Virus record (IMG/VR): IMGVR_UViG_3300043420_000984
Span: 27,487-91,486 of that record
Strand: one strand, 5' to 3'
DNA from: a virus
Length of the DNA: 64,000 nt
Shown here: in pieces, positions 21,174 to 30,409 of the stretch
Numbering within the stretch: position 1 is the stretch's first letter
How the letters are laid out: every line of letters starts with the position of its first letter
Position numbers and translations under genes: made by a program
The notes under the pieces: generated by a model
The model's database searches: none
Seen by the model: only the letters and a program-made list of their open reading frames with translations
Told to the model about the DNA's origin: nothing

Positions 21174-22019
21174 ATGACACCACTCCAACGCCTTGAGTCT
21201 ATTCTAACTGCAGTTTATGATAATGCTAGACATCTAGAAACTGCTGCTGATCAGGTGTATATGTCATGCTTCCGAACAGGAACTGACCTCACTTCCTTGT
21301 TGGACAATATTCAATCTGACATGATGTTTGATGTAGATAATTTTAGTGAAGCATCTGCTGGTAATATTTTCGGTTATATACGAGAAGAATTTCGTGAATG
21401 TGTCTCACGTTTTGTCAATATTACTGCTGGTGGTAATGGTGGCATGGCATCTATAGGTCGTGGTGAATTCATGATTTCGTTTGCTAGTAACTTTAAAGCT
21501 AAGATTAGCAAGGCAGGTAAGGGTGATCTTGAATATGTCATCAATCTTATTAACGAAGAAGTAAAGCGGATTAACGAAGAAGTAAAGTGGAATGGTGGTA
21601 AAATCGAAGTATCTAAAACTCAGGGTAAGGAAGTTTATAAGGAGTTTATCTCCCTATTGAAAGAGAATAATGATATTGATCTTATCATCAAGGACTTTCT
21701 TCCCTTTCGCAAAAAAGATAAGAAGGTGTATGACGCTGACACTATCAATCTCCTGAATTCTTATTTCTGGCAAGCGGTTTCTGGGCAAAAATGTGGTCCT
21801 CTTACAGATGCTGAGTTGAAAAAACTCTGTCTCCGCTGTGCTTTTGATCTTACTTTTACTAAATCAGATTCTATTCTCATTGTCAATGAAGATGGTAAGT
21901 TTGTTCGCTTTACAAATGTAGATAATGCTGTAGAATATTACCAAAACAAAATTGATGAGGTTGATCTAGAAATTCGTGCTAAACAAACTAATCCCATTGC
22001 CATTTACTTATTTGTATGA
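21174..22019 (+). CDS. Putative PD-(D/E)xK endonuclease (candidate restriction endonuclease)
   Basis: GRGE...GD...EVK.NGG arrangement; ATGA overlap with the methyltransferase. Confidence 0.5.
   Translation: MTPLQRLESILTAVYDNARHLETAADQVYMSCFRTGTDLTSLLDNIQSDMMFDVDNFSEASAGNIFGYIREEFRECVSRFVNITAGGNGGMASIGRGEFMISFASNFKAKISKAGKGDLEYVINLINEEVKRINEEVKWNGGKIEVSKTQGKEVYKEFISLLKENNDIDLIIKDFLPFRKKDKKVYDADTINLLNSYFWQAVSGQKCGPLTDAELKKLCLRCAFDLTFTKSDSILIVNEDGKFVRFTNVDNAVEYYQNKIDEVDLEIRAKQTNPIAIYLFV
21549..21590 (+). repeat. In-frame 21-bp tandem duplication (INEEVKR/INEEVKW)
   Basis: attaacgaagaagtaaag(c/t)gg occurs twice in tandem. Confidence 0.9.
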
Positions 22020-22783
22020 CTTTTGATTTACAACTAGGTGACTGTCTGGAACTCATGAAAGAGATTCCAGACGAATTCATTGATTTTATTTGTTGCGATC
22101 CACCCTACGGCACTACCAGCATCAAATGGGACGAGATTTTGGATTTTGATGCTATGTGGGAGCAGTATGGTCGCATCATTAAGCCCAAGGGTATGATGTG
22201 TCTGTTTGGATCACAACCATTCTCCGCGCAGTTGATCTGTTCGAAGATCAATTGGTTCAAGTATGAACTGGTGTGGAATAAGAACAAGTGTGGTTCTCCT
22301 GGTCTTGCCAAGTATAGACCTATGAAAACACATGAGAATGTACTTTTATTTGCCAAGAATCCTGGTGGTATCTACAACCCACAGATGGAGGAGGGAGAAC
22401 CATATGCTCGCAAGAGCAAGAATCCCGAGGGATATGTTGGACGTAAGAATGACCATGGATATGGTATGAAACCACGCAAGGAGTTTGAGAACAAAGGTAC
22501 GCGCTACCCTAAGTCTGTTTTGAACATCTCACGCGACTTCAGCGCACAACAGCAAGTACATCCCACACAAAAGCCCGTGCCTTTGATGGAATGGTTGATC
22601 AACACATACTCCAATGAGGGTGATACCGTGCTTGATAATTGCATGGGATCTGGTTCTACTGGTGTTGCTGCCGTTAAATTGCGCCGTAATTTTATTGGTA
22701 TGGAATCTGACGCGGAATATTACTCCGTGGCAGAGAAAAGAATAAAAGAAGTAGATAGGGTTGACATTAATAATTTTTTGTGA
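22016..22783 (+). CDS. DNA methyltransferase, N6-adenine/N4-cytosine, beta class
   Basis: GDCLELM, DPPY, HPTQKP, VLDNCMGSGSTG; catalytic motif IV precedes SAM-binding motif I. Confidence 0.92.
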   Translation: MTFDLQLGDCLELMKEIPDEFIDFICCDPPYGTTSIKWDEILDFDAMWEQYGRIIKPKGMMCLFGSQPFSAQLICSKINWFKYELVWNKNKCGSPGLAKYRPMKTHENVLLFAKNPGGIYNPQMEEGEPYARKSKNPEGYVGRKNDHGYGMKPRKEFENKGTRYPKSVLNISRDFSAQQQVHPTQKPVPLMEWLINTYSNEGDTVLDNCMGSGSTGVAAVKLRRNFIGMESDAEYYSVAEKRIKEVDRVDINNFL

Positions 22784-22789
22784 TATAGT
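22761..22789 (+). promoter_or_regulatory. Sigma70-type promoter
   Basis: TTGACA-N17-TATAGT with extended TG. Confidence 0.75.
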
Positions 22790-22849
22790 AGTTCGGTAAT
22801 TAGAAATGGACAATTTCCATTTCTCCCAAACAGTTTAAGGAGACCCATT

Positions 22850-23941
22850 ATGTCTTTCGCAAAACCACCAGAAATTAAGCGAGTTATGTTTAATGACTGG
22901 GTAGATGAAAAAAAGTACAGAGTCAATCCAATTGAAAGACCATACAAGCAACGAGCAAAAAGAGCTGATGTAATTGAACGGTTCAATCCATGGCAGCCTA
23001 CACATTATCTTGGACACGCTACTATTCTTCAAAATGATGACGTTGATGAAGTCAGTGGTATAAAATATAAAAAAGGAACCATATTCAAATTGGATATGCA
23101 CACCAGACCCCAAGTAATTATTAATGGGGATAGTGATGCAACTCCAGAACTAATTGATCAAAATGGCGGATTCATTATTTCCACGGAAAATGCTGATAGT
23201 ATCAAGGATGTGAAGAGACAATATAAGCAGCATGATAGCTCAGAAGCAGTTGAGAAGAGATCTGATGCAATGTATTCTGCTTTCTTTTCCGCTTACTGCG
23301 ATACTCTGATTCCACAACCAGACAATCCTGCTTTTATGAAAGCTCAACCACTTTCATATGCCGCACACTACACATTTGGATGGGATCCAGTAGAAAGAAC
23401 AGGATTCAAAACTGACAGTGGATTGGATCAAGAAACTCTTTCTTATGCTGTAAAAGAGTTTATGCCTTACTTTGATAAACTTGATAACATCACCTTTAAT
23501 ACTAAGAAGATGTCATCAAAAAATGATGCAGCACATGTTTATTCTTGCATCAAATGGGATAGTTGGTTGTATTTTGCCAGTTTGATGACTGGTCATTATC
23601 ATAACTGGTCTCCTGCTTGGTATCATACAGTTTTAAAGATCAACGATTGTGATCTGTCTGGTTTAGATCTTACTGGAAAAAAAGGATCTACAGCACTTGC
23701 TCTCCTCTGCCGCGAATGGGATCAAACTAATGGTGTTCCAGCACATCCAGACAAGCGTTTGAACAAAGGACAATTAGGTAGTGCTTTGATCGATCAATTG
23801 TTCTTTCTATTTGATACTTCTATCAATGAACCCAACAAAAGATTTAAGAGTATTTCATCTGAAAGTGCTGGTTATTTTGATAATTTCTATAAATTCAGGT
23901 TGAACAAAGGTAGGAAGAATAATCTCTCGTTTTTCTTTTGA
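22850..23941 (+). CDS. Hypothetical protein, possible ParB/Srx-like N-terminal domain
   Basis: 363 aa; 'FKLDMHTR' resembles the DGxxR motif (weak). Confidence 0.6.
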   Translation: MSFAKPPEIKRVMFNDWVDEKKYRVNPIERPYKQRAKRADVIERFNPWQPTHYLGHATILQNDDVDEVSGIKYKKGTIFKLDMHTRPQVIINGDSDATPELIDQNGGFIISTENADSIKDVKRQYKQHDSSEAVEKRSDAMYSAFFSAYCDTLIPQPDNPAFMKAQPLSYAAHYTFGWDPVERTGFKTDSGLDQETLSYAVKEFMPYFDKLDNITFNTKKMSSKNDAAHVYSCIKWDSWLYFASLMTGHYHNWSPAWYHTVLKINDCDLSGLDLTGKKGSTALALLCREWDQTNGVPAHPDKRLNKGQLGSALIDQLFFLFDTSINEPNKRFKSISSESAGYFDNFYKFRLNKGRKNNLSFFF

Positions 23942-24024
23942 TGTGACACTTTGAGAAGTGGCACAGGGGTCCTCGTGACCCCTTTTTTATGCTCTATACT
24001 ACTAAGGTAATCGAGAGACACCCC

Positions 24025-24246
24025 ATGCAACTGGTCCAAGGCGCAATGCAAGTTGATTTCTATCCTGCTGCTGGATTGACTGGTAAGTTCGTTCAAGTAA
24101 CTTCTTTTGACGGTAAAGAAATGAGTGAGCGTCTGATCTCCAAGAAAGATATGGAGTATGAAGCAGACTCTCGTATTAACACTTATGGTTACAAAGTGAC
24201 CAAGTTTCACACTTTCCCCCGTGTTAAAGTTATGGTGTGCTGCTGA
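24025..24246 (+). CDS. Hypothetical early protein
   Basis: First ATG after promoter module 23943. Confidence 0.65.
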   Translation: MQLVQGAMQVDFYPAAGLTGKFVQVTSFDGKEMSERLISKKDMEYEADSRINTYGYKVTKFHTFPRVKVMVCC

Positions 24247-24431
24247 TGTTTGCTCTCATTCTCGCCACAGTTACTGCTTATCAAGATCCTTATGTTGCAC
24301 CCGAGTTTGTACGTCGTCATTGCGCTGCTGTCGTTGGTATTCCTTATGCTTCCGACAACTTCACAGAAGAAGAATGGTTTGAATTCGTGGGATGCGTCCG
24401 TCGTCATTTAGATACTCAGATTGATGTTTGA
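24246..24431 (+). CDS. Hypothetical protein with signal-like N-terminus
   Basis: TGATG coupling with the upstream ORF. Confidence 0.6.
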   Translation: MFALILATVTAYQDPYVAPEFVRRHCAAVVGIPYASDNFTEEEWFEFVGCVRRHLDTQIDV

Positions 24432-24708
24432 ATTCCCATATAAACCACCTAAAGGATACACCTATGAGATCATGCCTCATAAGCGCAATGTTCTTTCTAT
24501 TTGGATCTGTAACCACGGTAAGTTTAGCTATACTGATGATACCCCAGTTAAGTCAATCTGGGGATTTTATAATACAAAAACCAATCAATACATTGCACCA
24601 GTTAATTCATCAACACCAGGAGAAGTGGTAGAATTTGATGCCACAACTCCCTACAGCGCCATGCAGATCCTGAAACCGCTGCGCCCCAGCGTCCTATCGT
24701 TCTGCTAG
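24424..24708 (+). CDS. Hypothetical protein
   Basis: PPKGY.Y...IW...SIWGFY...TPYSAMQ; coupled ORF. Confidence 0.7.
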   Translation: MFEFPYKPPKGYTYEIMPHKRNVLSIWICNHGKFSYTDDTPVKSIWGFYNTKTNQYIAPVNSSTPGEVVEFDATTPYSAMQILKPLRPSVLSFC

Positions 24709-24746
24709 AGGCACCTAGGAGCGCCTGTAACCCCCCTCTGACCGTT

Positions 24747-24941
24747 ATGACCTATCTTTGCCCCTCTGTCGTCACCATGGCGACCCTAGACACGCAGCAG
24801 CTCCAGTTCCTGATCGACCTGATGTGGGGGCACGATCCCAAGGATACCAGGAAACTGGCGAAGCACCATGGCGTTGATGAGATCAAGCTCCTGTGCCAGT
24901 TGGCAGAGTGTCTCAACAACGCCCTTGCTGAGCTCGACTGA
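24747..24941 (+). CDS. Hypothetical protein
   Basis: ORF ending inside promoter module 24893. Confidence 0.5.
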   Translation: MTYLCPSVVTMATLDTQQLQFLIDLMWGHDPKDTRKLAKHHGVDEIKLLCQLAECLNNALAELD

Positions 24942-24975
24942 CCCTATACTACTAAGGTACTCAAGGGAACGCCCC

Positions 24976-25179
24976 ATGATCAAAGACCTCCCCGCTGAGA
25001 TCTACGACATCTGCCCCAATACTGGTATGCCTCTCTTTCCTGGTCAATCTCCTATGACACAAGAAGAGATTGATGAGTTTCATCGTGTTTGTGAGATGAC
25101 TGAGGAAGAATACTACATGTATTGGAATGAGGGTGAAGACCACGCTCAAGATGCTATGTGGCATGAATCTCACAATTGA
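24976..25179 (+). CDS. Acidic hypothetical early protein
   Basis: First ATG after the promoter module. Confidence 0.6.
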   Translation: MIKDLPAEIYDICPNTGMPLFPGQSPMTQEEIDEFHRVCEMTEEEYYMYWNEGEDHAQDAMWHESHN

Positions 25180-25181
25180 TT

Positions 25182-25331
25182 ATGAAAACAACTTACATCT
25201 TTCTCGCGGTTATTGCCATTATCATGTATAATGGCATGTTGATCAACCGCGACAAACAACTATTTGAAGCATACGATAAAGTATGCGCTGAACTTCCCAA
25301 ACCCCATCCTGATTGCCGTTACTCCAAATGA
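25182..25331 (+). CDS. Small membrane-anchored protein
   Basis: MKTTYIFLAVIAII..., 49 aa. Confidence 0.55.
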   Translation: MKTTYIFLAVIAIIMYNGMLINRDKQLFEAYDKVCAELPKPHPDCRYSK

Positions 25332-25456
25332 CACCTGATACTTACAGTTTTGCTGGTGATGCTACCACCTTCCTTGGTCTGGTTGGTGTGGTTTCGTCGC
25401 TTGTTATTATTGTTACTGCTTTCCGCCGCTTTTACACTTCCCCCTTGAACAAATGA
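25328..25456 (+). CDS. Small membrane protein
   Basis: One hydrophobic helix; ATGA coupling. Confidence 0.55.
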   Translation: MTPDTYSFAGDATTFLGLVGVVSSLVIIVTAFRRFYTSPLNK

Positions 25457-25640
25457 TTGAAGAAGTTATGCTTGACCGTCAGATCCTAGAACAACTGGAT
25501 CGCTATGATATTTCCCTAGGATGGGATGACGAACTGCCTGATCTGGATACCGAGTGGGCAGTTGAACAACTGTCACAGGAGGCCCTCCTGCTCCTGTCCT
25601 GATCCTCTATACTGATTACATCAGCGAAAGACACCGCACC

Positions 25641-26006
25641 ATGATCTCCCTGCCCAACCCCACCTTCGCCCAGTTCCAAGCAGAGCAAGACGCTCGCAAC
25701 ACTATCCAACTGAACATCGTCAAGTATGGTCTGATGCTGTGTGATGCTCTCCAGCAAGATGCTCCTGATGGTTACACTTACGCTCTGGATTCTTCTGGTC
25801 GTAAGTATCACAAAGTCTTCATGTATATTGATGGTAAGCGTAGCAGCATCCACGCTTTCATTGACAAGAAGACTGGTGAAGTCTACAAACCTGCTAGTCT
25901 CAAAGCGCCTGCCAAGGGTGTTCGTTACAACGTTCTCTCTATTTCTTCCCGCGAAGAGATGTTTGAGAAGTGTGACTGGGCGGGTGGTTATCTTTACATG
26001 CGTTGA
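25641..26006 (+). CDS. Conserved-type phage hypothetical protein
   Basis: GRKYHKV...SIHAFIDKKTGEVYKPAS.KAPAKGVRYN; follows a promoter module. Confidence 0.8.
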   Translation: MISLPNPTFAQFQAEQDARNTIQLNIVKYGLMLCDALQQDAPDGYTYALDSSGRKYHKVFMYIDGKRSSIHAFIDKKTGEVYKPASLKAPAKGVRYNVLSISSREEMFEKCDWAGGYLYMR

Positions 26007-26059
26007 CATTCCGCCCCTCACCTGCTAAATTACTACAGAGTTCAATCGCTTTCACTCCC

Positions 26060-26287
26060 ATGTTTTACATCGTTACTGGTGGTACTGCTTACGCCATGGA
26101 TCATTCCACGGATGTTATGTACGGCATGACCTGTTTTGACGACAATACGGTTGATGTTGATGACTGCTTCGAGATCGACTATGATAGCATGGATAATGAT
26201 GAACGTGAATATGTCGCTCATGTGGCGTATCACCTTCAGCAGATTGCTAAGTTGACCGAAGAGCACCGTGAGGTATTTGTCAAATGA
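26060..26287 (+). CDS. Acidic hypothetical protein
   Basis: Follows TTGACA(26003)-N17-TAAATT. Confidence 0.65.
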   Translation: MFYIVTGGTAYAMDHSTDVMYGMTCFDDNTVDVDDCFEIDYDSMDNDEREYVAHVAYHLQQIAKLTEEHREVFVK

Positions 26288-26532
26288 ATTTACTACAGGA
26301 TTACATCAGGGATTTCATAGAACCCTATCCCAATCGTTACACGATGGGTGAGTACGAGACCCGTGTTCGCCCCAAATCTACTCTAGATGACGATGGGGTA
26401 GCTAAGTTCTGGCGTCTGTTCGCTAAGTTTCCCAACGATTTTGCCGCTGCTGCAGTTTCGCTGCTTCCTCGTGATGTAGAATTCATCCAGTACGACCACC
26501 TCAACAACATCCTTTTCCTGAAAAAACTATGA
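26284..26532 (+). CDS. Hypothetical protein
   Basis: ATGA coupling. Confidence 0.65.
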   Translation: MNLLQDYIRDFIEPYPNRYTMGEYETRVRPKSTLDDDGVAKFWRLFAKFPNDFAAAAVSLLPRDVEFIQYDHLNNILFLKKL

Positions 26533-26759
26533 ACGAAATTCAACGCCTCTCTGCCCAACGTGATGACATCTACGATTGGGCATGTGATCGCTTTCAGGAA
26601 TTGTTGGCGGCGGAAGATCATGATGGTGCTTTATCTATTGCTGATGAGTTTTTTGAGTGGTTGGACCCCGAACAACTGGAAGACGAACCTATTCACTACT
26701 ATGACGAACGAGAACTCATCCAACTCCACTACGAACTCTATCAGCAGCGAAATGCGTAG
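26529..26759 (+). CDS. Acidic hypothetical protein
   Basis: ATGA coupling. Confidence 0.65.
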   Translation: MNEIQRLSAQRDDIYDWACDRFQELLAAEDHDGALSIADEFFEWLDPEQLEDEPIHYYDERELIQLHYELYQQRNA

Positions 26760-27102
26760 TTTGATCCTAGATTACATGACAGCGTACAATTCTGATAATT
26801 ACGTATTGGCAGAAACTCTGCTACAAAAAATCAAGCAGATGAGGAAAAATGAAAGTAACGATTGAACTAGGTCCCGATCTCCAACTAGAATATCAGTCCT
26901 GGTTGGACGTAAAAGAAAGTCTTGGTATTGATCGTAGCATCAACAACTTTCTGTACTACACTTACAACTTTGGTACGTTTGCCAATCCTAAGAACCCTGA
27001 CGAAAACCAAGATGAATGAGAAAACATGTTGTAAAATCTCTCGCTTCGCCATGGTTTATAGTTGAGACATTTTTAGCACACTACTTACAGAAATGGAGAA
27101 AC

Positions 27103-27399
27103 ATGATTGATGTCAAACAAGAAGACGACGGCACCCTCACCATCAGCTGGGACGAAAACGACCCTCAAGAAAGCATCCTCAACACCTGGACCGAAGAAGA
27201 CTTCATCAACGCAATCCAAGACAAATGCAAGTCTCTCCAAGAACTTGGAGAAGCTGACAACGCAACCGAAGCGGTCAACCAAGTCACAGACTACTTCATC
27301 GACCAAACCCCAGAGGAAGTCCAGCAAGACATCCGCAACGCCCAAGAGTTCATCGAAAAGAAAGAATACAAGTCCACAGGAGCTCGTCTATTCTTCTGA
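27103..27399 (+). CDS. Acidic hypothetical protein
   Basis: GGAG ribosome-binding site before MIDVKQEDDG... Confidence 0.7.
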   Translation: MIDVKQEDDGTLTISWDENDPQESILNTWTEEDFINAIQDKCKSLQELGEADNATEAVNQVTDYFIDQTPEEVQQDIRNAQEFIEKKEYKSTGARLFF

Positions 27400-27547
27400 T
27401 CTGAACTTGTTTCCCTATGTCGATACATTCCCGTATCGCCTAGAGGACAAGACCGAAAAGAAAACCTGTTACTTCCAAACTGAAAGCCATGCTCGAAAGT
27501 ACATTGACCGATACAAACCTGAATACCAACTATACTGTTTTGCTTGA
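27107..27547 (+). CDS. Hypothetical protein, start uncertain (only the last ~50 aa look globular)
   Basis: LFPY..FPYRLE...CYF...H.RKY..RY; 5' part overlaps the upstream gene in the +1 frame. Confidence 0.45.
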   Translation: MMSNKKTTAPSPSAGTKTTLKKASSTPGPKKTSSTQSKTNASLSKNLEKLTTQPKRSTKSQTTSSTKPQRKSSKTSATPKSSSKRKNTSPQELVYSSDLNLFPYVDTFPYRLEDKTEKKTCYFQTESHARKYIDRYKPEYQLYCFA

Positions 27548-27692
27548 GGAAGACGGAGATGATCTCATTCTCCCTATTCCCGATGAGATCCTTGATCAAC
27601 TGGGTTGGGATGACGGTTGCCTACTAGATTGGAGTGTTGATGAGGTAAATAATACTATTATCATCAGCAAGGTGAACGAGGAGGTGATGTAA
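27489..27692 (+). CDS. AbrB/MazE/SpoVT-like DNA-binding protein
   Basis: GDDLILPIPDEILDQLGWDDG..LDW......IIISK swapped-hairpin pattern. Confidence 0.7.
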   Translation: MLESTLTDTNLNTNYTVLLEEDGDDLILPIPDEILDQLGWDDGCLLDWSVDEVNNTIIISKVNEEVM

Positions 27693-27693
27693 T

Positions 27694-28086
27694 TTGGGTA
27701 TGTTCGACTATTTCAGATCATCTTATGACCTGGGACCACAACTAACAAACGTGGAGTGTCAAACCAAAGATATTGAAGATGGATATAGTGGCACCATGTC
27801 ACAATACTGGTTGTCACCCGATGGTTATCTGTATGTGGTAGACTACTCCAACACTCAGGATCTCAAGATGTACGAGCCAGGAGATCCTGAGTATAATGCT
27901 GAACGATCCTGGTTGAATTTTGCCTGGATACCAAACGGCAACCACGGAAAAATTAGAGTACATGCCCTCACCAAATATGTTGAAGTCTATACATCAGCAT
28001 GGGGAGGAGCATGGGAAGACTGGCCTCGTGCTAAACTACACTTCAAGTACGGTAAGTTACAAGACTATGAGCTTATTACGCGCTAG
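27694..28086 (+). CDS. Hypothetical protein (MGMFD...QTKD type)
   Basis: Recurrent phage N-terminal motif. Confidence 0.7.
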   Translation: MGMFDYFRSSYDLGPQLTNVECQTKDIEDGYSGTMSQYWLSPDGYLYVVDYSNTQDLKMYEPGDPEYNAERSWLNFAWIPNGNHGKIRVHALTKYVEVYTSAWGGAWEDWPRAKLHFKYGKLQDYELITR

Positions 28087-28375
28087 ACACCGTGAAGACT
28101 TCGGACATGAGTGGTACGTTCAAATCCTAAACACAGGTAAGCATGTACCTAGACCATTCAAAGATATGTCCCTGTTACAACTGTCTGTATCATGGAATGA
28201 TTATCCTAGTTGGCCCTACCTACAGATCAAATCTGGAACTGGTAGTCTATTGAGTATCCTGTTCTGGGCTTACAAACTAGGATTTGATATTGGATTTATT
28301 GAGCGCACCTGGGATTGGGGGCGCGTTGACAATTTGACTAATGACCCTGATTTTATTAGAATAGAGGATTGCTAA
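28067..28375 (+). CDS. Hypothetical protein
   Basis: Coupled ORF. Confidence 0.6.
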   Translation: MSLLRARHREDFGHEWYVQILNTGKHVPRPFKDMSLLQLSVSWNDYPSWPYLQIKSGTGSLLSILFWAYKLGFDIGFIERTWDWGRVDNLTNDPDFIRIEDC

Positions 28376-28773
28376 TGGCACAAGATAACACTATTCGTAA
28401 CTTTGGTATTGTTGGGGTATCCTTTCTGGTATCCCTGTTTGTGATTAGTTCTATTATAGGACCAATCTACAACGTCTGGGCTCAGTCTCTTGATGGTAAG
28501 GCAGAGCTACAGAAAGCAGAATACACTCGCCAGGTTGCTGTGCTTGAAGCACAAGCAAAGAAAGATAGTGCTCAGCAACTTGCTGATGCTGAAATTATCC
28601 GTGCTCAAGGTGTGGCAAAAGCAAACTCTATCATCGGTGAGAGTCTGAAGGACAATCCTGCTTATCTTCAGTATCTGTGGATTACCGAGGGTGAGAAAGA
28701 TTCTAACCGCACGGTGTATATGGTCCCCAGCAATGGTGGCGCTCCAGTTCCTACATTTGATATTCAAAAATGA
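28375..28773 (+). CDS. Membrane protein with SPFH/band-7-like coiled coil
   Basis: N-terminal TM helix; AEIIRAQGVAKAN.IIGESL...YLQYLWI; upstream TTGACT-N17-TAGAAT. Confidence 0.7.
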   Translation: MAQDNTIRNFGIVGVSFLVSLFVISSIIGPIYNVWAQSLDGKAELQKAEYTRQVAVLEAQAKKDSAQQLADAEIIRAQGVAKANSIIGESLKDNPAYLQYLWITEGEKDSNRTVYMVPSNGGAPVPTFDIQK

Positions 28774-29138
28774 CCTTCAGTAGAGCAGTGCTTGGTACAG
28801 CAAATAAGAAAACCAAACTCAGTTGGTGGGACTATTGGATCAACCACTGCTGGATGACTGGTTGGCAGAGCATCAGGCACTCATTCTACAACTGGGCTGA
28901 CCTGATGACTGGTAACTGGAAAGATTACGGTCTCATGTTTTATGATGATCCTTTTGAAGAGTGTCGTGATTGCTTCTGGTCTTACCTTGGTGAGGATGAC
29001 ACTCTACCGAAAGAGTTTTTAGAGCATCTACAAGAACTGGTAGATCGTATTGAGCGTGGTGAAGAGAAACTCATCCCCATGGATGAAGTCATGAAAAATC
29101 TTAGAGAAGATGATGAACCTCCCAGTATTTCTGAATAG
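28770..29138 (+). CDS. Trp-rich hypothetical protein
   Basis: ATGA coupling. Confidence 0.65.
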   Translation: MTFSRAVLGTANKKTKLSWWDYWINHCWMTGWQSIRHSFYNWADLMTGNWKDYGLMFYDDPFEECRDCFWSYLGEDDTLPKEFLEHLQELVDRIERGEEKLIPMDEVMKNLREDDEPPSISE

Positions 29139-29322
29139 ATTAGTAATTGGATCTAAATTGATTAGACACACTCCATTCTGGTGGTGGTACAGGTTGATCT
29201 CACATGAAGGATTTCGCTTTGATGATTATCATGTGTGGAGAGAGTTCTGGCATTCACTCAATCATGGATGGCAGCACATGGAATATGTAAATGAGTTTGA
29301 AACGTTCTGGGGCAAGCGATGA
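29110..29322 (+). CDS. Trp-rich hypothetical protein
   Basis: Coupled ORF. Confidence 0.55.
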   Translation: MMNLPVFLNRLVIGSKLIRHTPFWWWYRLISHEGFRFDDYHVWREFWHSLNHGWQHMEYVNEFETFWGKR

Positions 29323-29513
29323 AGGAATTTCCCGACAAACTAGACCTCAGAATTATGTGGACGGTAGCCACATCGACCAGTATCGAAACTGGCACACCTG
29401 CCTACGAAGGCTTCGCCAGGATGCTGTATGATTACATCACAGACAAAAAACCCCTCGTTGAACTGAACTATGACCTCTATCCGTCAGAAACAAGCACTGA
29501 TCAAGAAACTTGA
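29319..29513 (+). CDS. Hypothetical protein
   Basis: ATGA coupling. Confidence 0.55.
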   Translation: MKEFPDKLDLRIMWTVATSTSIETGTPAYEGFARMLYDYITDKKPLVELNYDLYPSETSTDQET

Positions 29514-29745
29514 GAATGCTTACAAAACATGCTTTGATTGTGGACGAACCTATGGTGTTTATTCTGTAGGTTGTTCTTCTGTTTATGAAGCAGTCTGTGA
29601 TGTATGTGGAGAAACTAAACCTATTACTGAAACACGAGACTTTGGTTATTTCATCACAGGTATTCGCAAACTCAAAATGGAGGTTCTGAATGAAAAGAGT
29701 AACAGTAAGACCAAAAAGCAAAAAGGCCAAGAACCGCCTTTGTAA
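29470..29745 (+). CDS. Zinc-ribbon protein
   Basis: CFDCG...CDVCG. Confidence 0.65.
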   Translation: MTSIRQKQALIKKLENAYKTCFDCGRTYGVYSVGCSSVYEAVCDVCGETKPITETRDFGYFITGIRKLKMEVLNEKSNSKTKKQKGQEPPL

Positions 29746-29884
29746 TATCATGGACAACAATCCTATTTGTATTGTTGAACAGGACAAAGGCGATGGTATG
29801 ATGTTCCTTGCATCTGAAAACAAAAAATACTTCTTCTGGGTTAATGTAAATGATTTCTGGGAGTGTGACTGGGAAGTGCTATGA
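29690..29884 (+). CDS. Hypothetical protein
   Basis: GGAGG RBS; V.PKSKKAKNR..N.M. Confidence 0.7.
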   Translation: MKRVTVRPKSKKAKNRLCNIMDNNPICIVEQDKGDGMMFLASENKKYFFWVNVNDFWECDWEVL

Positions 29885-30060
29885 AACCTAAAACTCGTGT
29901 CATCTTGGAGATGGCAATTGAACAAGGCATACAACGTGGTTGGCGTCTTGCTCACAAGCATATGGATAATCCCCAAGAATATGTCATCGTTGAGCGGATT
30001 AACTTTGCTGTGATGGAACAAATCTACGAATACTTTACTTTTGACGACGAGGATCTATGA
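29881..30060 (+). CDS. Hypothetical protein
   Basis: 59 aa; ATGA coupling at both ends. Confidence 0.6.
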   Translation: MKPKTRVILEMAIEQGIQRGWRLAHKHMDNPQEYVIVERINFAVMEQIYEYFTFDDEDL

Positions 30061-30332
30061 GTTTTAGCAAGACTATTTCTGTGTTTGCCGCACTCGCTAG
30101 CATCTTTGGTGCTGGAGCTGCTGGATGGAAACTGTCTCAAGAAAATCAAACCAAACCTGTGGAAGTACAACAAGATATATCTGTATTTGAGAATAAGATC
30201 AACGAACTTGAAAAGAAACTAGAAGAAGCAGAAAAACCACAAGAACAACCTGTGATCGTGCAGCAACCTCAACCGCAGATCCTACCACCTCTCCCCCCTA
30301 TGCCCGAACCCAAACCAGGAGAGTTTGAGTGA
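30057..30332 (+). CDS. Membrane-anchored Pro/Gln-rich protein
   Basis: TM segment, coiled coil, poly-Pro tail; stop codon inside a dyad. Confidence 0.65.
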   Translation: MSFSKTISVFAALASIFGAGAAGWKLSQENQTKPVEVQQDISVFENKINELEKKLEEAEKPQEQPVIVQQPQPQILPPLPPMPEPKPGEFE

Positions 30333-30409
30333 CACTCTGACAACTGGCACACCACCCCATGAGGCAGGGGGGTTTCGCCTTATAATAAACACATCAACCA
30401 AGGCACTCC

